Source of the DNA: Terriglobia bacterium
Lineage (GTDB): Bacteria; Acidobacteriota; Terriglobia; JAJPHL01; JAPKYU01
DNA: 64,000 bases
Assembly: GCA_965206645.1 (NCBI GenBank)
Contig: CBDBKE010000003.1
Location: 849,690-913,689 of the forward strand
Direction of reading: 5' to 3'
Below, piece by piece: positions 61,527-64,000 of the stretch (positions are counted from its first letter, which is position 1; each line of letters begins with the position of its first letter). A model generated the notes under the pieces. The model saw only the letters and a program-made list of their open reading frames with translations, made no database searches and was not told the origin of the DNA. Made by a program: the position numbers and the translations under genes.

Positions 61527-61639
61527 TGCGGTCCGAGAATTGACCCTTCTTTCCGCCATGAAGTAACATTGTTGGGTTAGGCAGTCGCCGAAATTCCTAC
61601 CTGTGGCGACATGCCTGCTGCAAGGTCTGGCTGAGGGGC

Positions 61640-64000
<2,361 letters not shown>

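Overview
A GC-rich bacterial chromosome segment. Acidobacteriota is the likely host, inferred from the PQQ-like propeller, the Oar-type TonB receptor and the aldolase/BMC shell locus. Short runs of host-like genes sit at 1-2.4 kb, 18.8-22.0 kb, 26.9-30.0 kb and 55.9-64 kb (BMC shell genes, HAD hydrolase, CreD-like protein, SDR, uvrA). Between them lie decayed islands with IS3, IS6, IS21, IS481, IS630, IS1182, IS1380, IS1595 and IS1-family elements, MITEs, and intact or broken cargo: RecD2, a full recCBD operon, HEPN/EVE/REase-like defence remnants, a variant pyrF and a Cache-SBP fusion. The main observations are: (1) an 81-bp module with a sigma70-like promoter that ends exactly at base -1 of two different tRNA sequences (intact Arg-TCT and a Val-TAC 5' half), suggesting elements that supply the 5' end and promoter of the target tRNA; (2) an intact 3.28-kb IS1-family cargo transposon with TIRs, an 8-bp TSD and an unknown protein + HTH-IrrE-like pair; (3) recCBD bracketed by directly repeated IS6 copies; (4) a solitary type I-E-like CRISPR repeat upstream of an EVE-domain gene remnant. 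All family assignments come from motif recognition by eye, not from database searches.
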